Under the pieces are notes generated by a model, which searched no databases, was not told where the DNA came from, and saw only the letters and a program-made list of their open reading frames with translations. A program made the position numbers and the translations under genes. From IMG/VR virus record IMGVR_UViG_3300043177_000122, positions 96,001-160,000 of that record: 64,000 bases of DNA; one strand, written 5' to 3'. Below, in pieces: positions 1 through 10,610 of this stretch. Every line of letters starts with the position of its first letter. The stretch's first letter is position 1. This stretch comes from a virus. Its lineage: Duplodnaviria > Caudoviricetes.

Positions 1-1
1 T

Positions 2-835
2 GCTGATTTTCTTTCTCTTTTGCGTACCATTGGCCCCTTTTTCTCTGTTAATAATATGTTGCGAGCTGAGTGCTTCAAAAGTCGAATGGAGCATGGACTC
101 TCATTTTTAGAGTTCAATTACATGATTATGCAGGCGCAAGACTTCCGAATGCTTCATTTGGAAGAGGGCTGCATTTTACAAATTGGCGGTGATGATCAGT
201 GGTCTAATATCTTAGCTGGTATTGATTTGATTCACAAAAAGCATGGGCACGAAGTATTCGGTCTAACACTTCCTTTGTTAGTCAATTCTGATGGAATCAA
301 AATGGGAAAGACGGAAAAAGGAGCGGTGTGGTTGGGTCCGGCTAAAACTTCTCCCTCTGAGTTTTTTCAATTTTGGAGAAATATTCCTGACGATCAAGTA
401 GAAAAATGTCTTCTTTTCTTTACTGATATGAAACCGGGTGAGTTGATTGAATCGTCTTTTAATATCAACCATCACAAAAAAAATCTAGCATTTGAAATTA
501 CGAAATTGGTTCATGGCGAATCAATAGCACGACAGGCGCTCGAGCAGGCAGAAGCCTTGTTCGAGAAACAAGATACTTCTACTCTTGAAGCAATTTCTAT
601 CCAAGAAGGCACGCACATTCTTGATTTACTTATGGTATGTGGTTTTGCAAAATCACGTACAGGTGGTAGAAATTTAATCAATAATAGAGGGATCTCAATA
701 AACCAAGATGTTCTTACTGACCCTACGATTGTAATTTCCAGAAATCAGTTTGGAAATGAATTAATTGTGAAAAAGGGCAAGAAGAATTTCTGTCGCCTGC
801 TTATTGAGGATAAATGCCAAGACCAAGTACCGTAA
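2..835 (+). CDS. tyrS: Tyrosyl-tRNA synthetase, 5'-truncated by window edge
   Basis: QIGGDDQW and KMGKT class I motifs, C-terminal S4-like domain; frame is open from base 2. Confidence 0.93.
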   Translation, partial: ADFLSLLRTIGPFFSVNNMLRAECFKSRMEHGLSFLEFNYMIMQAQDFRMLHLEEGCILQIGGDDQWSNILAGIDLIHKKHGHEVFGLTLPLLVNSDGIKMGKTEKGAVWLGPAKTSPSEFFQFWRNIPDDQVEKCLLFFTDMKPGELIESSFNINHHKKNLAFEITKLVHGESIARQALEQAEALFEKQDTSTLEAISIQEGTHILDLLMVCGFAKSRTGGRNLINNRGISINQDVLTDPTIVISRNQFGNELIVKKGKKNFCRLLIEDKCQDQVP

Positions 836-1122
836 CTAATGAAGACCTACTAAGATGGTCTGACACAATTGATAATGATCCACTAATGTCTAAAGGTTTG
901 GCCCAGAATCCCATTATTCGGGAAGTTTGTTATGCTGGCCAATGGTTAGCTGATAAACTAGCTGAGCTAAACTGTCCAGATAATTTAATTGGTAGGATGA
1001 TGTTTACTGCGGGTCGATTATCTTTTGGTCGCCCAGACCCTTGGGAAGTTCATTTGGATATTCTTAATCGCTTTATTGATGGAACTTTGGAATTCGAAAC
1101 GGATCCCGAAGAAATTAACTAA
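814..1122 (+). CDS. Hypothetical protein
   Basis: 102-aa ORF overlapping tyrS end, same strand. Confidence 0.65.
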   Translation: MPRPSTVTNEDLLRWSDTIDNDPLMSKGLAQNPIIREVCYAGQWLADKLAELNCPDNLIGRMMFTAGRLSFGRPDPWEVHLDILNRFIDGTLEFETDPEEIN

Positions 1123-1185
1123 GAATTTTCTTAAAATTCTTATCGCTTAATGTAGGGAATCATTAATCTTTTTCTTTTGTTTGGG

Positions 1186-1213
1186 TTGACGCCAATCCTA
1201 GCATGAGTATATT
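1186..1213 (+). promoter_or_regulatory. Sigma70-like promoter
   Basis: TTGACG-N16-TATATT upstream of the MoxR gene. Confidence 0.5.
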
Positions 1214-1248
1214 GTTTAGTGAGCCCTTTTTATTTAGGAAGGAAAATT

Positions 1249-2379
1249 ATGCCAACTCCGCAACAGCCACAAATGGCCACGTCAGATTTCAATCTGCAAA
1301 AACTGAATACGAAAGAATTATCAGAGCATGTTTCTACGACCATTCAAATGGGAGGAAACATTGCTGTATTTGGCCGTCGTGGTACGGGCAAAACAGAAAT
1401 CTCTAAAACAGAAATCAAAAGGTTAGACTGTAAAGAAGTCTATATGAACCTTTCTGTTATGGAGCGCCCTGACTTAGGAGGCTATCCTGATGTTACTGCG
1501 CCTAATCGTGGCAGCGAATATGTTAATTTTTTGCTGCCTCGTTTCTATGAAGAGATGGTGGATGGCAAACAAGATGTAGTTGCCCTCCTAGATGAAGTTG
1601 ATAAGGCAGACCCATCTCTGTGGGCGCCTCTATTAGAGTTTGTCCAGTTTAGAAGTATTAACGGTAAGCCTCTGCCAAATCTGCAAGCTATTATCATGAC
1701 TGGTAACCTTATTTCTGAAGGTGGTCAGCGCCCAAGCCTACCTCTGCTAGATAGAACTGAAAAGTTCTTAGTTGAGGCAGACGCTGCTTCTTGGTTGGAT
1801 TGGGCCGGTAAATCTGGTCGTATTCATCCATCTGTTACTGCATATATTCATGATCATACAAAAGATTTGTTTGGTGCAGTAGACCCAGAAGAAAGATATG
1901 CTGACCCATCTCCTCGTGGATGGGATAGAGCTTCTCAGATTTTGTTTGCAGGCGAAGACCGAGGATGGAACCCCTCTCTTTTAAATAAGAAGGTTTCAGG
2001 TTGTGTTGGTAAAGATGCAGGTATCAAATACGCAAACTACTATGATCATTACCTAGAGGTAATTCCAATGGTAGAAAAGATTTATGCCGGGCAGAGTGTG
2101 ACTAATGAGTATCTTGCTATGCCTCCGACCAAGCAATTGGTCACCTGTATGATTGCTTGCACTCGTCTTGCAAATCAACTTGATCAGGTTGAGTTGGGCG
2201 GCGAATTACCTCCAGCCGTTAGACACATTGGTAAATTCTTGCATAAAGTCTCTCACGAAAATGTTTTGGTAGCTGTTCGCAGTCAGGTTCAAATTGAACG
2301 ACTTTGTAAGTTTAATCTAGATGAGCATCCAGATTGGGCTGATGTTCTTGGCAGAATCAACAAAGAAGTTGATCAATAA
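1249..2379 (+). CDS. MoxR-like AAA+ ATPase (copy 1)
   Basis: Walker A GRRGTGKT, Walker B LLDEVDK, sensor TGN, PSPRGW; ATG 1249 follows AGGAAGGA. Confidence 0.85.
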   Translation: MPTPQQPQMATSDFNLQKLNTKELSEHVSTTIQMGGNIAVFGRRGTGKTEISKTEIKRLDCKEVYMNLSVMERPDLGGYPDVTAPNRGSEYVNFLLPRFYEEMVDGKQDVVALLDEVDKADPSLWAPLLEFVQFRSINGKPLPNLQAIIMTGNLISEGGQRPSLPLLDRTEKFLVEADAASWLDWAGKSGRIHPSVTAYIHDHTKDLFGAVDPEERYADPSPRGWDRASQILFAGEDRGWNPSLLNKKVSGCVGKDAGIKYANYYDHYLEVIPMVEKIYAGQSVTNEYLAMPPTKQLVTCMIACTRLANQLDQVELGGELPPAVRHIGKFLHKVSHENVLVAVRSQVQIERLCKFNLDEHPDWADVLGRINKEVDQ

Positions 2380-2418
2380 TTGCTTTTTTGCTAAGATATA
2401 TGATCCAATGGAGCTTTA

Positions 2419-4098
2419 ATGAAATTTAGCAAAGTAATAGGTAAAATAGATCCAAAATTAGTATCTCAAGCAGAAGATAAGCTGTCTAAGGTATTTTTGG
2501 AATTAGCTGTTAGATATAACAATGAGCACGTATCATCCGGTATGGGCGGGGATCCATTAATCTTTAGCCTAATGTATCCGGTGGAACATGTTTGTACTTT
2601 GAATATTCCTACTGCAGCTACTGATGGTAAGAGATATTATTGGAACCCAAGGTTCATTCTTAAACTCTCACACAGAGGATTGAGAATTGTTTGCGCCCAT
2701 GAGGCATGGCATGCTATCTATATGCATCCGTCTCGTAGAGGCTCTAGAAATCCTGAGCTATGGAATATTGCTGTTGACTATATTGTTAATGGTACAGCAA
2801 TGGAAGATTTTAAAGCTCGCAAGAAAGATGCATCAGTAGAATTTACCAAGAATCTTGGCCGATACATGCCGTTTGATACTTTCTGTCAGTTTGTAAAAAA
2901 TCCATTTGCTAAGATTCCTGGCTTTGAAGATATTAGTCCTGGTATTGAAGACCCGAATGGAAATAACCCGTCTTGTAATCTTCCTGCTCCACAGGAAGAC
3001 CGCGAGTTAACTGTTCAAGAACGTAAAGAACTAGAGAAGCGTGAAAAGGGTGTTAGATTTTATTATGCCGATCCTAACCTCGATGAGGATATGAAGAAGC
3101 CTGAAAAAATCTATGATATTCTTTATGCTCTTTTACCAAAATGTTCCAAATGTGGTCGTTTAGGAGTTTATCATAAGCCCAATCAAAAGAAGGGGCAAAA
3201 AGGGCAGCAAGGGCAACAAAAGGGACAGGGCCAAGGCCAACAACCAAACCAGAATGGTCAGCCTGGACATGGTGAACACGATCATGGTGATGGACAAGCC
3301 TGTGACTGTCCAGACCATCAGGGTCAAGGGCAAGGTCAACCAAATCAGACTCAAGGACAAGGTAACGGGCCTTGCGATGAATGTGGTGGCGGCATTGATA
3401 TTTTTGGTTTAGGTGGCACCGTAGATGATCATATGGACTCCGAGGAGTCTGAGGAAAAGCTGGCCAAGCGAATTTCTGAAGCCATGGAAGCGGCAAAGAA
3501 AATGGCAGGCTATGTCCCCGCAGCCCTAGAGGAGGAACTTGGTAAATTGACTGCGCCCAGAATAACTTGGCAAGATATTATTCGCACTCGCCTCCTCAAA
3601 GCTCGTGCTGGTAGTGGGCGTAATGATTGGACTAGATTTAGAACTCGCCCAATGTTTAGTGGACTTATGGTTCCTAAGAGAAAAAATTACTATGCTCACT
3701 TTGGGTGCTTGTTAGATACTTCCGGATCTATGAGTAAAGACGATATGGCTTTCGGACTATCTCAGCTTCAATCATTGGACGAGCGCTCTGAAGGCACTAT
3801 TGTACCAGCCGACGCAACTATCTATTGGGACGAAGCAACTAAGATTAAGAAAGCTGTTGCTGAAGAAATCACTAAGGTTAAAGTCGTTGGTCGAGGCGGA
3901 ACTAAGTATGCTGAATTCTTTACTGATTATGAAAAAAATATTGGTCATTGTGATTTCTTAATTGTAATTACTGATGGTTTCTTATTAGATACTGACATAG
4001 CAGAAATGAAACATCCTGGTATCGACGTTATTTGGTTGATTACCAGCGGTAGTGTTTTTAATCCACCATTTGGTCGTGCTTTTGATTTACGTGCATAA
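2419..4098 (+). CDS. VWA-domain / putative metallopeptidase protein (DUF2201-like), MoxR partner
   Basis: HEAWH (HExxH), Q/G-rich linker, MIDAS DTSGS...GGT...ITDG; directly follows the MoxR gene. Confidence 0.85.
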   Translation: MKFSKVIGKIDPKLVSQAEDKLSKVFLELAVRYNNEHVSSGMGGDPLIFSLMYPVEHVCTLNIPTAATDGKRYYWNPRFILKLSHRGLRIVCAHEAWHAIYMHPSRRGSRNPELWNIAVDYIVNGTAMEDFKARKKDASVEFTKNLGRYMPFDTFCQFVKNPFAKIPGFEDISPGIEDPNGNNPSCNLPAPQEDRELTVQERKELEKREKGVRFYYADPNLDEDMKKPEKIYDILYALLPKCSKCGRLGVYHKPNQKKGQKGQQGQQKGQGQGQQPNQNGQPGHGEHDHGDGQACDCPDHQGQGQGQPNQTQGQGNGPCDECGGGIDIFGLGGTVDDHMDSEESEEKLAKRISEAMEAAKKMAGYVPAALEEELGKLTAPRITWQDIIRTRLLKARAGSGRNDWTRFRTRPMFSGLMVPKRKNYYAHFGCLLDTSGSMSKDDMAFGLSQLQSLDERSEGTIVPADATIYWDEATKIKKAVAEEITKVKVVGRGGTKYAEFFTDYEKNIGHCDFLIVITDGFLLDTDIAEMKHPGIDVIWLITSGSVFNPPFGRAFDLRA

Positions 4099-4592
4099 TG
4101 AATAAAAAACATTGCATATCTGGCTGTGATCATGAGAGACACGAGTCTCATCGTGAAAAATTTGCTCAGGCTAAAAAAGCCGCACTAGAAGGCCAATATT
4201 ATTGGTGTGTAGCTAGATATGTAACAGATCGAAACATTTCTCCATCAGACGCTGATGATTTAGAGTTTTTCCAAGACTCTGTCTTTGAAAGCCCTTGGGG
4301 ACGTATTCATATCTTTTTTTATGAGTGGATGTTTAAAAAGTATTATCAGACAAATCCTGATTGGTACATACTCGTTTTTACAAGCTATTTAGGGTATTTA
4401 GATAAGATATCTCCACTCTTTTCACAAGATGCTTTTTATTTTGTATTTAAGCAAAATAATATTTACCTAATAGAAGGCTTGCTTAAAATAATGCCGTTTG
4501 AAATTAAGCTACGATTCATTAAAGCGGCAGAAAAATATCCAGATATGATCCATAAAGTTCCTAAACTTAAGTTGTATAACTTATTTTCCTGA
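4098..4592 (+). CDS. Hypothetical protein
   Basis: 164-aa ORF coupled to the VWA gene. Confidence 0.65.
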   Translation: MNKKHCISGCDHERHESHREKFAQAKKAALEGQYYWCVARYVTDRNISPSDADDLEFFQDSVFESPWGRIHIFFYEWMFKKYYQTNPDWYILVFTSYLGYLDKISPLFSQDAFYFVFKQNNIYLIEGLLKIMPFEIKLRFIKAAEKYPDMIHKVPKLKLYNLFS

Positions 4593-4599
4593 CGAACTA

Positions 4600-4628
4600 T
4601 TGACAGTCACGCTCGGCATGCTTATCTT
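4600..4628 (+). promoter_or_regulatory. Sigma70-like promoter
   Basis: TTGACA-N17-TATCTT followed by GTAAGG. Confidence 0.55.
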
Positions 4629-4652
4629 GTAAGGTGTGTTATATTCACTAAT

Positions 4653-5123
4653 GTGAATAATGTAATCTTCATCGAGTTTTATAATAAACAAAATTTCCCT
4701 CCTGGCAAATGGATTTCAGAACCAGATTTGTGTTTTTGGGAAAACCAATTACCATGTTTAGCTATTCGTGACATGGGGATGGGTATCTGGAAAGGTTTTG
4801 TTGCTGTAGATAAAAGCCATCCATTGTATGGTAAGTCAGTAGAAGATATGCTGACACAATCGGTAATGCGGGATATTTTTATAGCAGTTTATGGTGGTTT
4901 AAGTGGAGCCGGGCGATTACCCATTAAATACAAAGAGTTTGCTAAAGATTCTTGGTGGATTGGCATTGAGACCTCTCATGGCGGCGATTTAATGCCCTTA
5001 CTTAATTTGGACAATAGTGATCCAAATATGGCTAAACTAATATCAACACAGACGTATAAAGATTTGCACTTTATTCGAAAAGAAACTAATAAATTGGCGA
5101 AGTTGATTTCGAAACTAAAATGA
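4653..5123 (+). CDS. Hypothetical protein
   Basis: 156-aa ORF with GTG start. Confidence 0.65.
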   Translation: MNNVIFIEFYNKQNFPPGKWISEPDLCFWENQLPCLAIRDMGMGIWKGFVAVDKSHPLYGKSVEDMLTQSVMRDIFIAVYGGLSGAGRLPIKYKEFAKDSWWIGIETSHGGDLMPLLNLDNSDPNMAKLISTQTYKDLHFIRKETNKLAKLISKLK

Positions 5124-5206
5124 CCATGACTGGTTTTATTATTCTAGACATATTACTAACTATTGGTCTCTTTTATAATTTAAGTAAAGATACCTATCGG
5201 TAATTC

Positions 5207-5518
5207 ATGAGAAAGACACCTATGACTGGTGCTACCCCGCGCTATCGATTAGAGGGAGTGAAGGGTGAGTTTTTTGATGTATTTGCTAAAAAAGCAAATG
5301 CTATTAAAGCGGCTATTCAAATGGCTACTGAATATCCAGGAACTACATTTCTAGTGGTTCGCACAACTTTTCTCAAAAAGAAAATTGTGTTTCGATTCAA
5401 ATTAGAAATTGAGTTTCAGTTTGACGATTTACAAGACGTTTATCGTGGAATCCTTGACGTTTATCAAGGCAAATTAGATAAAACCAAATATTGGAGAAAA
5501 CCAGATGTTTCTACTTGA
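5207..5518 (+). CDS. Hypothetical protein
   Basis: 103-aa ORF. Confidence 0.6.
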   Translation: MRKTPMTGATPRYRLEGVKGEFFDVFAKKANAIKAAIQMATEYPGTTFLVVRTTFLKKKIVFRFKLEIEFQFDDLQDVYRGILDVYQGKLDKTKYWRKPDVST

Positions 5519-5996
5519 AATTGCATTAACCGGTGGAATCTTAGCGATTCTTGTATTCATTCACTTTTTTGTAGATTGGATTTTTCAATCGCATGCCGAG
5601 GCAATGGTTAAGCACAATACCCCTAGAGTACGTGCCAAACACTGCTTTATTTATACATTGGGGTTTGCTCCAATCTTGATGTTGTTCCATCTAACATCAT
5701 TTGAATTATTCTTTGCTCTCAATCTTTTATTCTGGTCGCATTTTGCTGAAGACACCTATCTCCCCGTTTATCTTTGGGCAAAGTATATTCGTAAACCGCC
5801 TGAAATGACTGAACCTCGTAAAGTTGTTGGCACTGATGGTTATGTTTCAGTTCTTCCTCCTGATCCCAAAGCGGGGTTTGTCGAGTTTGTTCAAACTCCG
5901 ATGGGAAAGATTCTAATGATCGCTATTGATCAAATCATTCACATCGCATTTCTTATTCCTATTGCCTGGATGATGATGTGTCACCTAGCAGACTAA
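5505..5996 (+). CDS. DUF3307-like membrane protein
   Basis: HFFVDWIFQ ... H ... DQIIH pattern with hydrophobic segments. Confidence 0.65.
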   Translation: MFLLEIALTGGILAILVFIHFFVDWIFQSHAEAMVKHNTPRVRAKHCFIYTLGFAPILMLFHLTSFELFFALNLLFWSHFAEDTYLPVYLWAKYIRKPPEMTEPRKVVGTDGYVSVLPPDPKAGFVEFVQTPMGKILMIAIDQIIHIAFLIPIAWMMMCHLAD

Positions 5997-6011
5997 ATTT
6001 ACGGAACTAAT

Positions 6012-6368
6012 ATGAAGTGGTCAGAATTCAATTCTCTAATTTTGAGAAATCTTACAGAATAAAGTCTCTAATACTTATGGTCACTGTTATGTAGCAAGCG
6101 AAGCGGCTTACTATCTTCTTGGCGGTAAAGAAGAAGGTTGGAAGCCAATGCACATGAAGCATTTAGGATCATCTCATTGGTTTTTAAAACATGAGTCTGG
6201 ATATATCTTAGATTTAACTAGTAATCAATTCAAAGTACCACTAGACTATAATAAGGCACGTGGTGCCGCTTTTTGACCAAAGAATCTAGCAAAAGGGCAA
6301 AGAAACTTCTAATTCGCATCAAAGATTCTCGCGCCCTTGACACTCTTATTTCTAAGAATAGATTGTAA
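6012..6368 (+). pseudogene. Frameshifted small phage protein (GHCYVASEAAYYLLGG family)
   Basis: ATG 6012, frame break near 6060, protein-like GHCY...HWFL...DLTSNQF segment, second break at T5 run 6270-6274, then LTKESSKRAKKLL; may be assembly error. Confidence 0.55.
6337..6364 (+). promoter_or_regulatory. Sigma70-like promoter of rIIA
   Basis: CGCGCCC-TTGACA-N16-TAGATT-GTAAGG; the same CGCGCCCTTGACA occurs at 16915. Confidence 0.55.
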
Positions 6369-6420
6369 GGCGTGGTGCTCGGTGAGAGTGCGTTGGTAAA
6401 CCAGAGAGTTATATTGAATA

Positions 6421-8514
6421 ATGAAACTGTCCGAAGCTAAGCCGTATTTCGAATCTTCTGGAGAGATGCAAGAACATTTCTTTTCAATTCAAGATCAGGG
6501 TATGTTGTTCGACATCTTGCGTAGCAAGATGTACTCGAATCCGATCCTAGCAATTTGTCGTGAGATTACTAGTAATGCTCGCGATGCACATCGTGAAATT
6601 GGAATGGCTGATAAGCCAATTCATATCCATTTGCCATCTGGATTGGAGCCTCATTACAAGATTAAAGATTTTGGTCCAGGTATTAGTCCAGATCGAATGG
6701 TTAATATTTTCATCAAATATACCGCCTCCACCAAGCGTGAAGATAATGTTCAGACTGGTGGATTTGGTCTAGGAGCCAAGACTCCATTTTCATACTCTGA
6801 TACATTTCAGGTAACCACCGTTCATGATGGAACTCGGTACAGTTATGCTTGTTTGATTGATGATACCAAGGTTGGTAAATTGGTTCTTCTAGATCAGAGA
6901 GCAACCACAGAACCTAATAGTACGGAAATCTCCATTCCAGTCAAGCCAGTTGATTATAATCTTTTTAGGCAGTATACAGAGCAAGCATGTCGTCATTGGG
7001 ATGTTAAGCCAGTCATTACTGGCGGCAACATTGATTGGCAAAAGCTCAATAAGATTGCAGAGGGTCCTGGTTGGGCAATCACTGCCACTCATGATTATAA
7101 TCGTCATGCTAAGTTAGTCATTGACGGTATTGAGTACCCACTTCCCCTTGATGACCTTCGTAAGTATGCTGACCCCAAACTAATTGATTCTTGTCGAGGC
7201 GACTTCATTATGTACTTTGGCGTCGGTGAGCTTAGCTTATCTGCCACCCGAGAAAACATTTTCTTGGATAAACCAACCCATGATAAAATCAAAGCCAGAA
7301 TTGATCAAATCACTACAGAGTTTAGAAAAACAATTTCTGATAAGATTGATACGTTTCCGAATTTGTGGGCGGCTAACGTCTACTATTGTAAAGAACTGAC
7401 ATCTGTATTCAATAATTTACATTTCTTGGGTAAGTTGTACTGGAAGACCCATGAATTGCATAATGGGTATGTGAACGTTAAATGTGGACTGTTCGAATTT
7501 ACTAAAGGGAAGTATTCTCGTCGTCACGGTAATGACCCTAATAAACTAACTCGCTCTGGTCATGCTATTGGACCTCGCTCGCTTCACTTTGAAGAGAATG
7601 TAGAGTTGTGGCTGAATGACTTGCCTATCAAAGAGCCAACTCCTCGACATGTCAAAAAGGCTTTCGAGGATGACCCTAATTTGAAACGCATTCTTGTAAT
7701 TTGTCCCACTGACAAATATACTGAAGCGGATTTGAATAAGGATATTCATCTTGATGAGATGAAGCCAAAGAGGTTGTCGTCCATTACTAAGGCATCTGGC
7801 CGAGCCTATACTCCTCCGGCTTCTAGGTTGCTTGTTTTTAAATTTGATCTGACTGCTAGCTCTTTCCGCCAAGTGAGTTACGATAACATGGAGGAAGATA
7901 CAAACGACAAAGTTTTGTGTCTTTTAAGTCGTGATCAATCGTATGGGCGTTTGGCTACGCTTAGTAATAAACAAAATTTAAGCGTGTCAGCTTTCAAGTC
8001 TCTTTTGGAACAAAATCCCAAAATTTCTTTCTATGGAGTGGATAAAGAAACTGACCCCAAACGTCTAGAAGAAGAATTCAATGATTTCGAGACTTTGGAT
8101 AATTTTATTGATAAAAAGGTTTTCAATAATAAGTCAATCAATTATGTCGAGATTAAGTTCGCGCAACAACATACTTATTGTGTAGATGAGCGAATGCTTA
8201 AGCATTATGACGTATTAGCTCCGCTTATCACTGACAAGAGTAGTTCATTCCTAGTTCGATTAGAACTTCACAAAGTTATTAAAAAACTTAGTGGGAATGA
8301 CCGAAGCTTGTTAGATATCTACGAAGCGGCTAAGGGCGAGATTAAAGAAGTTGCTCTGAAACAATTCGTGAAAGATAACCCTAACTGGGACATTGAGAGT
8401 ATCAACCGAGCCTACGAAAAGAAGTATCCATTGTTGACTGCAATCAACACATATAATATGCATCAAGTACTTGATCATGTGGCTCATTATGTAAATATGG
8501 TCGATAAGATTTAA
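6421..8514 (+). CDS. rIIA: rIIA-like protein (GHKL/Hsp90-type ATPase N-terminus)
   Basis: REITSNARDAH, IKDFGPGI, GGFGLGAKT GHKL motifs; followed by an rIIB-like gene. Confidence 0.85.
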   Translation: MKLSEAKPYFESSGEMQEHFFSIQDQGMLFDILRSKMYSNPILAICREITSNARDAHREIGMADKPIHIHLPSGLEPHYKIKDFGPGISPDRMVNIFIKYTASTKREDNVQTGGFGLGAKTPFSYSDTFQVTTVHDGTRYSYACLIDDTKVGKLVLLDQRATTEPNSTEISIPVKPVDYNLFRQYTEQACRHWDVKPVITGGNIDWQKLNKIAEGPGWAITATHDYNRHAKLVIDGIEYPLPLDDLRKYADPKLIDSCRGDFIMYFGVGELSLSATRENIFLDKPTHDKIKARIDQITTEFRKTISDKIDTFPNLWAANVYYCKELTSVFNNLHFLGKLYWKTHELHNGYVNVKCGLFEFTKGKYSRRHGNDPNKLTRSGHAIGPRSLHFEENVELWLNDLPIKEPTPRHVKKAFEDDPNLKRILVICPTDKYTEADLNKDIHLDEMKPKRLSSITKASGRAYTPPASRLLVFKFDLTASSFRQVSYDNMEEDTNDKVLCLLSRDQSYGRLATLSNKQNLSVSAFKSLLEQNPKISFYGVDKETDPKRLEEEFNDFETLDNFIDKKVFNNKSINYVEIKFAQQHTYCVDERMLKHYDVLAPLITDKSSSFLVRLELHKVIKKLSGNDRSLLDIYEAAKGEIKEVALKQFVKDNPNWDIESINRAYEKKYPLLTAINTYNMHQVLDHVAHYVNMVDKI

Positions 8515-8526
8515 TAGGAGATAGAA

Positions 8527-9462
8527 ATGCAAAAGAGAGTTAATTGGGCGATTACCGATAATAACGTTTCGGTAAATTATGAAGGCGAATCACACATTGT
8601 GCCTCGTTCGGATGCTTTGGCCGATCGTTTGATCAAAGCAATTAAAGAGGGTCGTTTACAGGAGATTCCTGCTCTTGTTTCAGTCGCCAAACGTATCGAG
8701 ATTTTCTCGAAAGGTAACTTCAAGGTTGAGAATGGCCAGGTTTTGGTTAATGGTGTGGCCGTACCTCATGCGTTAAGCAACAAAATCATTCGTTTCTCGA
8801 ATGATGGTCTTCCATTTCAGCCATTGGTTAAGTTTGCGGAGAATCTACAGAAGAATCCTTCTTTCCGAGCTGTAAACGAATTGTTTACATTCTTGGAGAA
8901 GAATGACCACCCTATCACAGAAAACGGAAACTTCATTGCTTATAAGCGTGTTCGTTCTACGTTCAAGGATATCCACTCCAATACTATGGATAATTCTGTA
9001 GGTAAGACTGTGGAAATTCCTCGCAATCAAGTAGATGAAGACTCTAGCCGTACTTGTAGTTATGGTCTACATGTTGCTAATTGGGACTATGCTCACTTGC
9101 ATTTTGCTAGTTCAGACTCTGCCTCTGACGTTATGTTAGAAGTTGAAGTCAATCCTGCTGATGTTGTTGCTATCCCTATCGATTACAACAACTCCAAAAT
9201 GCGCGTTTGCAAGTACAAGGTTCTAGGAGTTGTCACGACTCCATACGAGCCAAGCCGGATGCTTCGAGTGGTTGATGAGTCATATGACCCTTCCAGTGAA
9301 TATGAGGATCTCTCAGAAGATGAGGATTGCGAATATTGTGGCGAAGAGGTATATGATGGTGACCGCCTCTGTACTGAATGTAAGTACGATGAGGGATCTG
9401 ATGAAGACGAGGATGATGTCGAAGAAGATCGTTATCCTTACGAAGACGAAATTGAGGGCTAA
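8527..9462 (+). CDS. rIIB: rIIB-like protein with acidic, Zn-ribbon-containing tail
   Basis: CSYGLHV, EVNPADVVAIPIDYNNSKMRVCKY; tail CEYC...CTEC in a D/E-rich region. Confidence 0.85.
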   Translation: MQKRVNWAITDNNVSVNYEGESHIVPRSDALADRLIKAIKEGRLQEIPALVSVAKRIEIFSKGNFKVENGQVLVNGVAVPHALSNKIIRFSNDGLPFQPLVKFAENLQKNPSFRAVNELFTFLEKNDHPITENGNFIAYKRVRSTFKDIHSNTMDNSVGKTVEIPRNQVDEDSSRTCSYGLHVANWDYAHLHFASSDSASDVMLEVEVNPADVVAIPIDYNNSKMRVCKYKVLGVVTTPYEPSRMLRVVDESYDPSSEYEDLSEDEDCEYCGEEVYDGDRLCTECKYDEGSDEDEDDVEEDRYPYEDEIEG

Positions 9463-10598
9463 TGCCAAATATCGCAATCCTTGGAGCAATGTGGGGAGAC
9501 GAGGGTAAAGGACACATTACCCATCGTCTTTCCCGTGGCTATGACTGGGTTATTCGTTTCAACGGTGGGGCCAATGCTGGTCACACCATCTACCGTGATG
9601 GAGTAAAGTTTGTTCATAACCTTCTGCCATCAGTAGACTTTAGGTATTCTAATGTCAAGGCATACTTGGGCTCAGGTATGGTTATTGATTTAGAAAAGCT
9701 TAGAGATGAGGTAGTAGAAGCTACTAAAACATATCCTGGGGTTGGATTAAGAATATTTGTCGACAATGATGCTTTTATTGTTGAAGCCAAACACAAAGAA
9801 GATAAAATATCTAATGGTCATATTGGCTCAACCAACAGGGGCATTGGGCCGGCTTACAAAGATAAAATCTCACGCTCAGGGAAAAGAGTTGGTGATTTGA
9901 TTTTTGGTGATGATGGTTTGGTAAATGAATACTATTCTATCATGAATGAGTTAATGGGTTTGGGCGTTACTTTTACAACTGTTTTGCAAATGGAAAAGCA
10001 TTTCCAGGTGAGTAAGCTTTTGTTTGAAGGTGCCCAGGGTGTACTCCTTGATATTAACCATGGCATATATCCTTATGTTAGTTGTAGTGATGCCACTATT
10101 GGAGGAATTATTGCCTCAGGATTTGCTTTTGCTAAATTAGATAAAGTTTATGGTGTAGCTAAGTGTTATACTACTAAGGTTGGTGAAGGTCCATTTCCTA
10201 CTGAAATTCATGGAGAATCGGCCAACGACTTGAGAAAAATAGGTAACGAGTTTGGCGCAACTACTGGCCGCCCGAGACGTGTTGGTTGGTTAGATTTACC
10301 GGCACTGCAATATGCTGTCAAGAAAGGTGGAATTACACATCTTATTCTTACTAAGTTTGATATTCTAAATGGCTTATCACAAGTTCCAATTTGTCTAAGT
10401 TATGAGTATCCTATTACCCGTGGTTATGATTTCTTTGATGCTCGCCCACAAATTACAACAATGCCTGGTTGGTCCGACGCAAAACAACCAAATCAACTTG
10501 AAACTTTCATCAAGTTGATTGAGTCTGTCGTTAATGTTCCGGTTGAATACATTTCTTGCGGCACTGACGAGTCAGATATAATAGATTGGGCGGCCTGA
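9462..10598 (+). CDS. purA: Adenylosuccinate synthetase
   Basis: WGDEGKG, RFNGGANAGHT, EGAQG, TTGRPRRVGWLD. Confidence 0.93.
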   Translation: MPNIAILGAMWGDEGKGHITHRLSRGYDWVIRFNGGANAGHTIYRDGVKFVHNLLPSVDFRYSNVKAYLGSGMVIDLEKLRDEVVEATKTYPGVGLRIFVDNDAFIVEAKHKEDKISNGHIGSTNRGIGPAYKDKISRSGKRVGDLIFGDDGLVNEYYSIMNELMGLGVTFTTVLQMEKHFQVSKLLFEGAQGVLLDINHGIYPYVSCSDATIGGIIASGFAFAKLDKVYGVAKCYTTKVGEGPFPTEIHGESANDLRKIGNEFGATTGRPRRVGWLDLPALQYAVKKGGITHLILTKFDILNGLSQVPICLSYEYPITRGYDFFDARPQITTMPGWSDAKQPNQLETFIKLIESVVNVPVEYISCGTDESDIIDWAA

Positions 10599-10610
10599 TA
10601 TAAATCAGAT

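Noticed and set aside
3170-3400. CRISPR or DNA tandem repeat
   Set aside because: It is a Q/G-rich coding linker of the VWA protein; no repeat-spacer array was seen anywhere in the window.
9462-10598. PurZ (Z-genome) instead of PurA
   Set aside because: The motif is GDEGKG with the PurA catalytic Asp; PurZ has Ser there.
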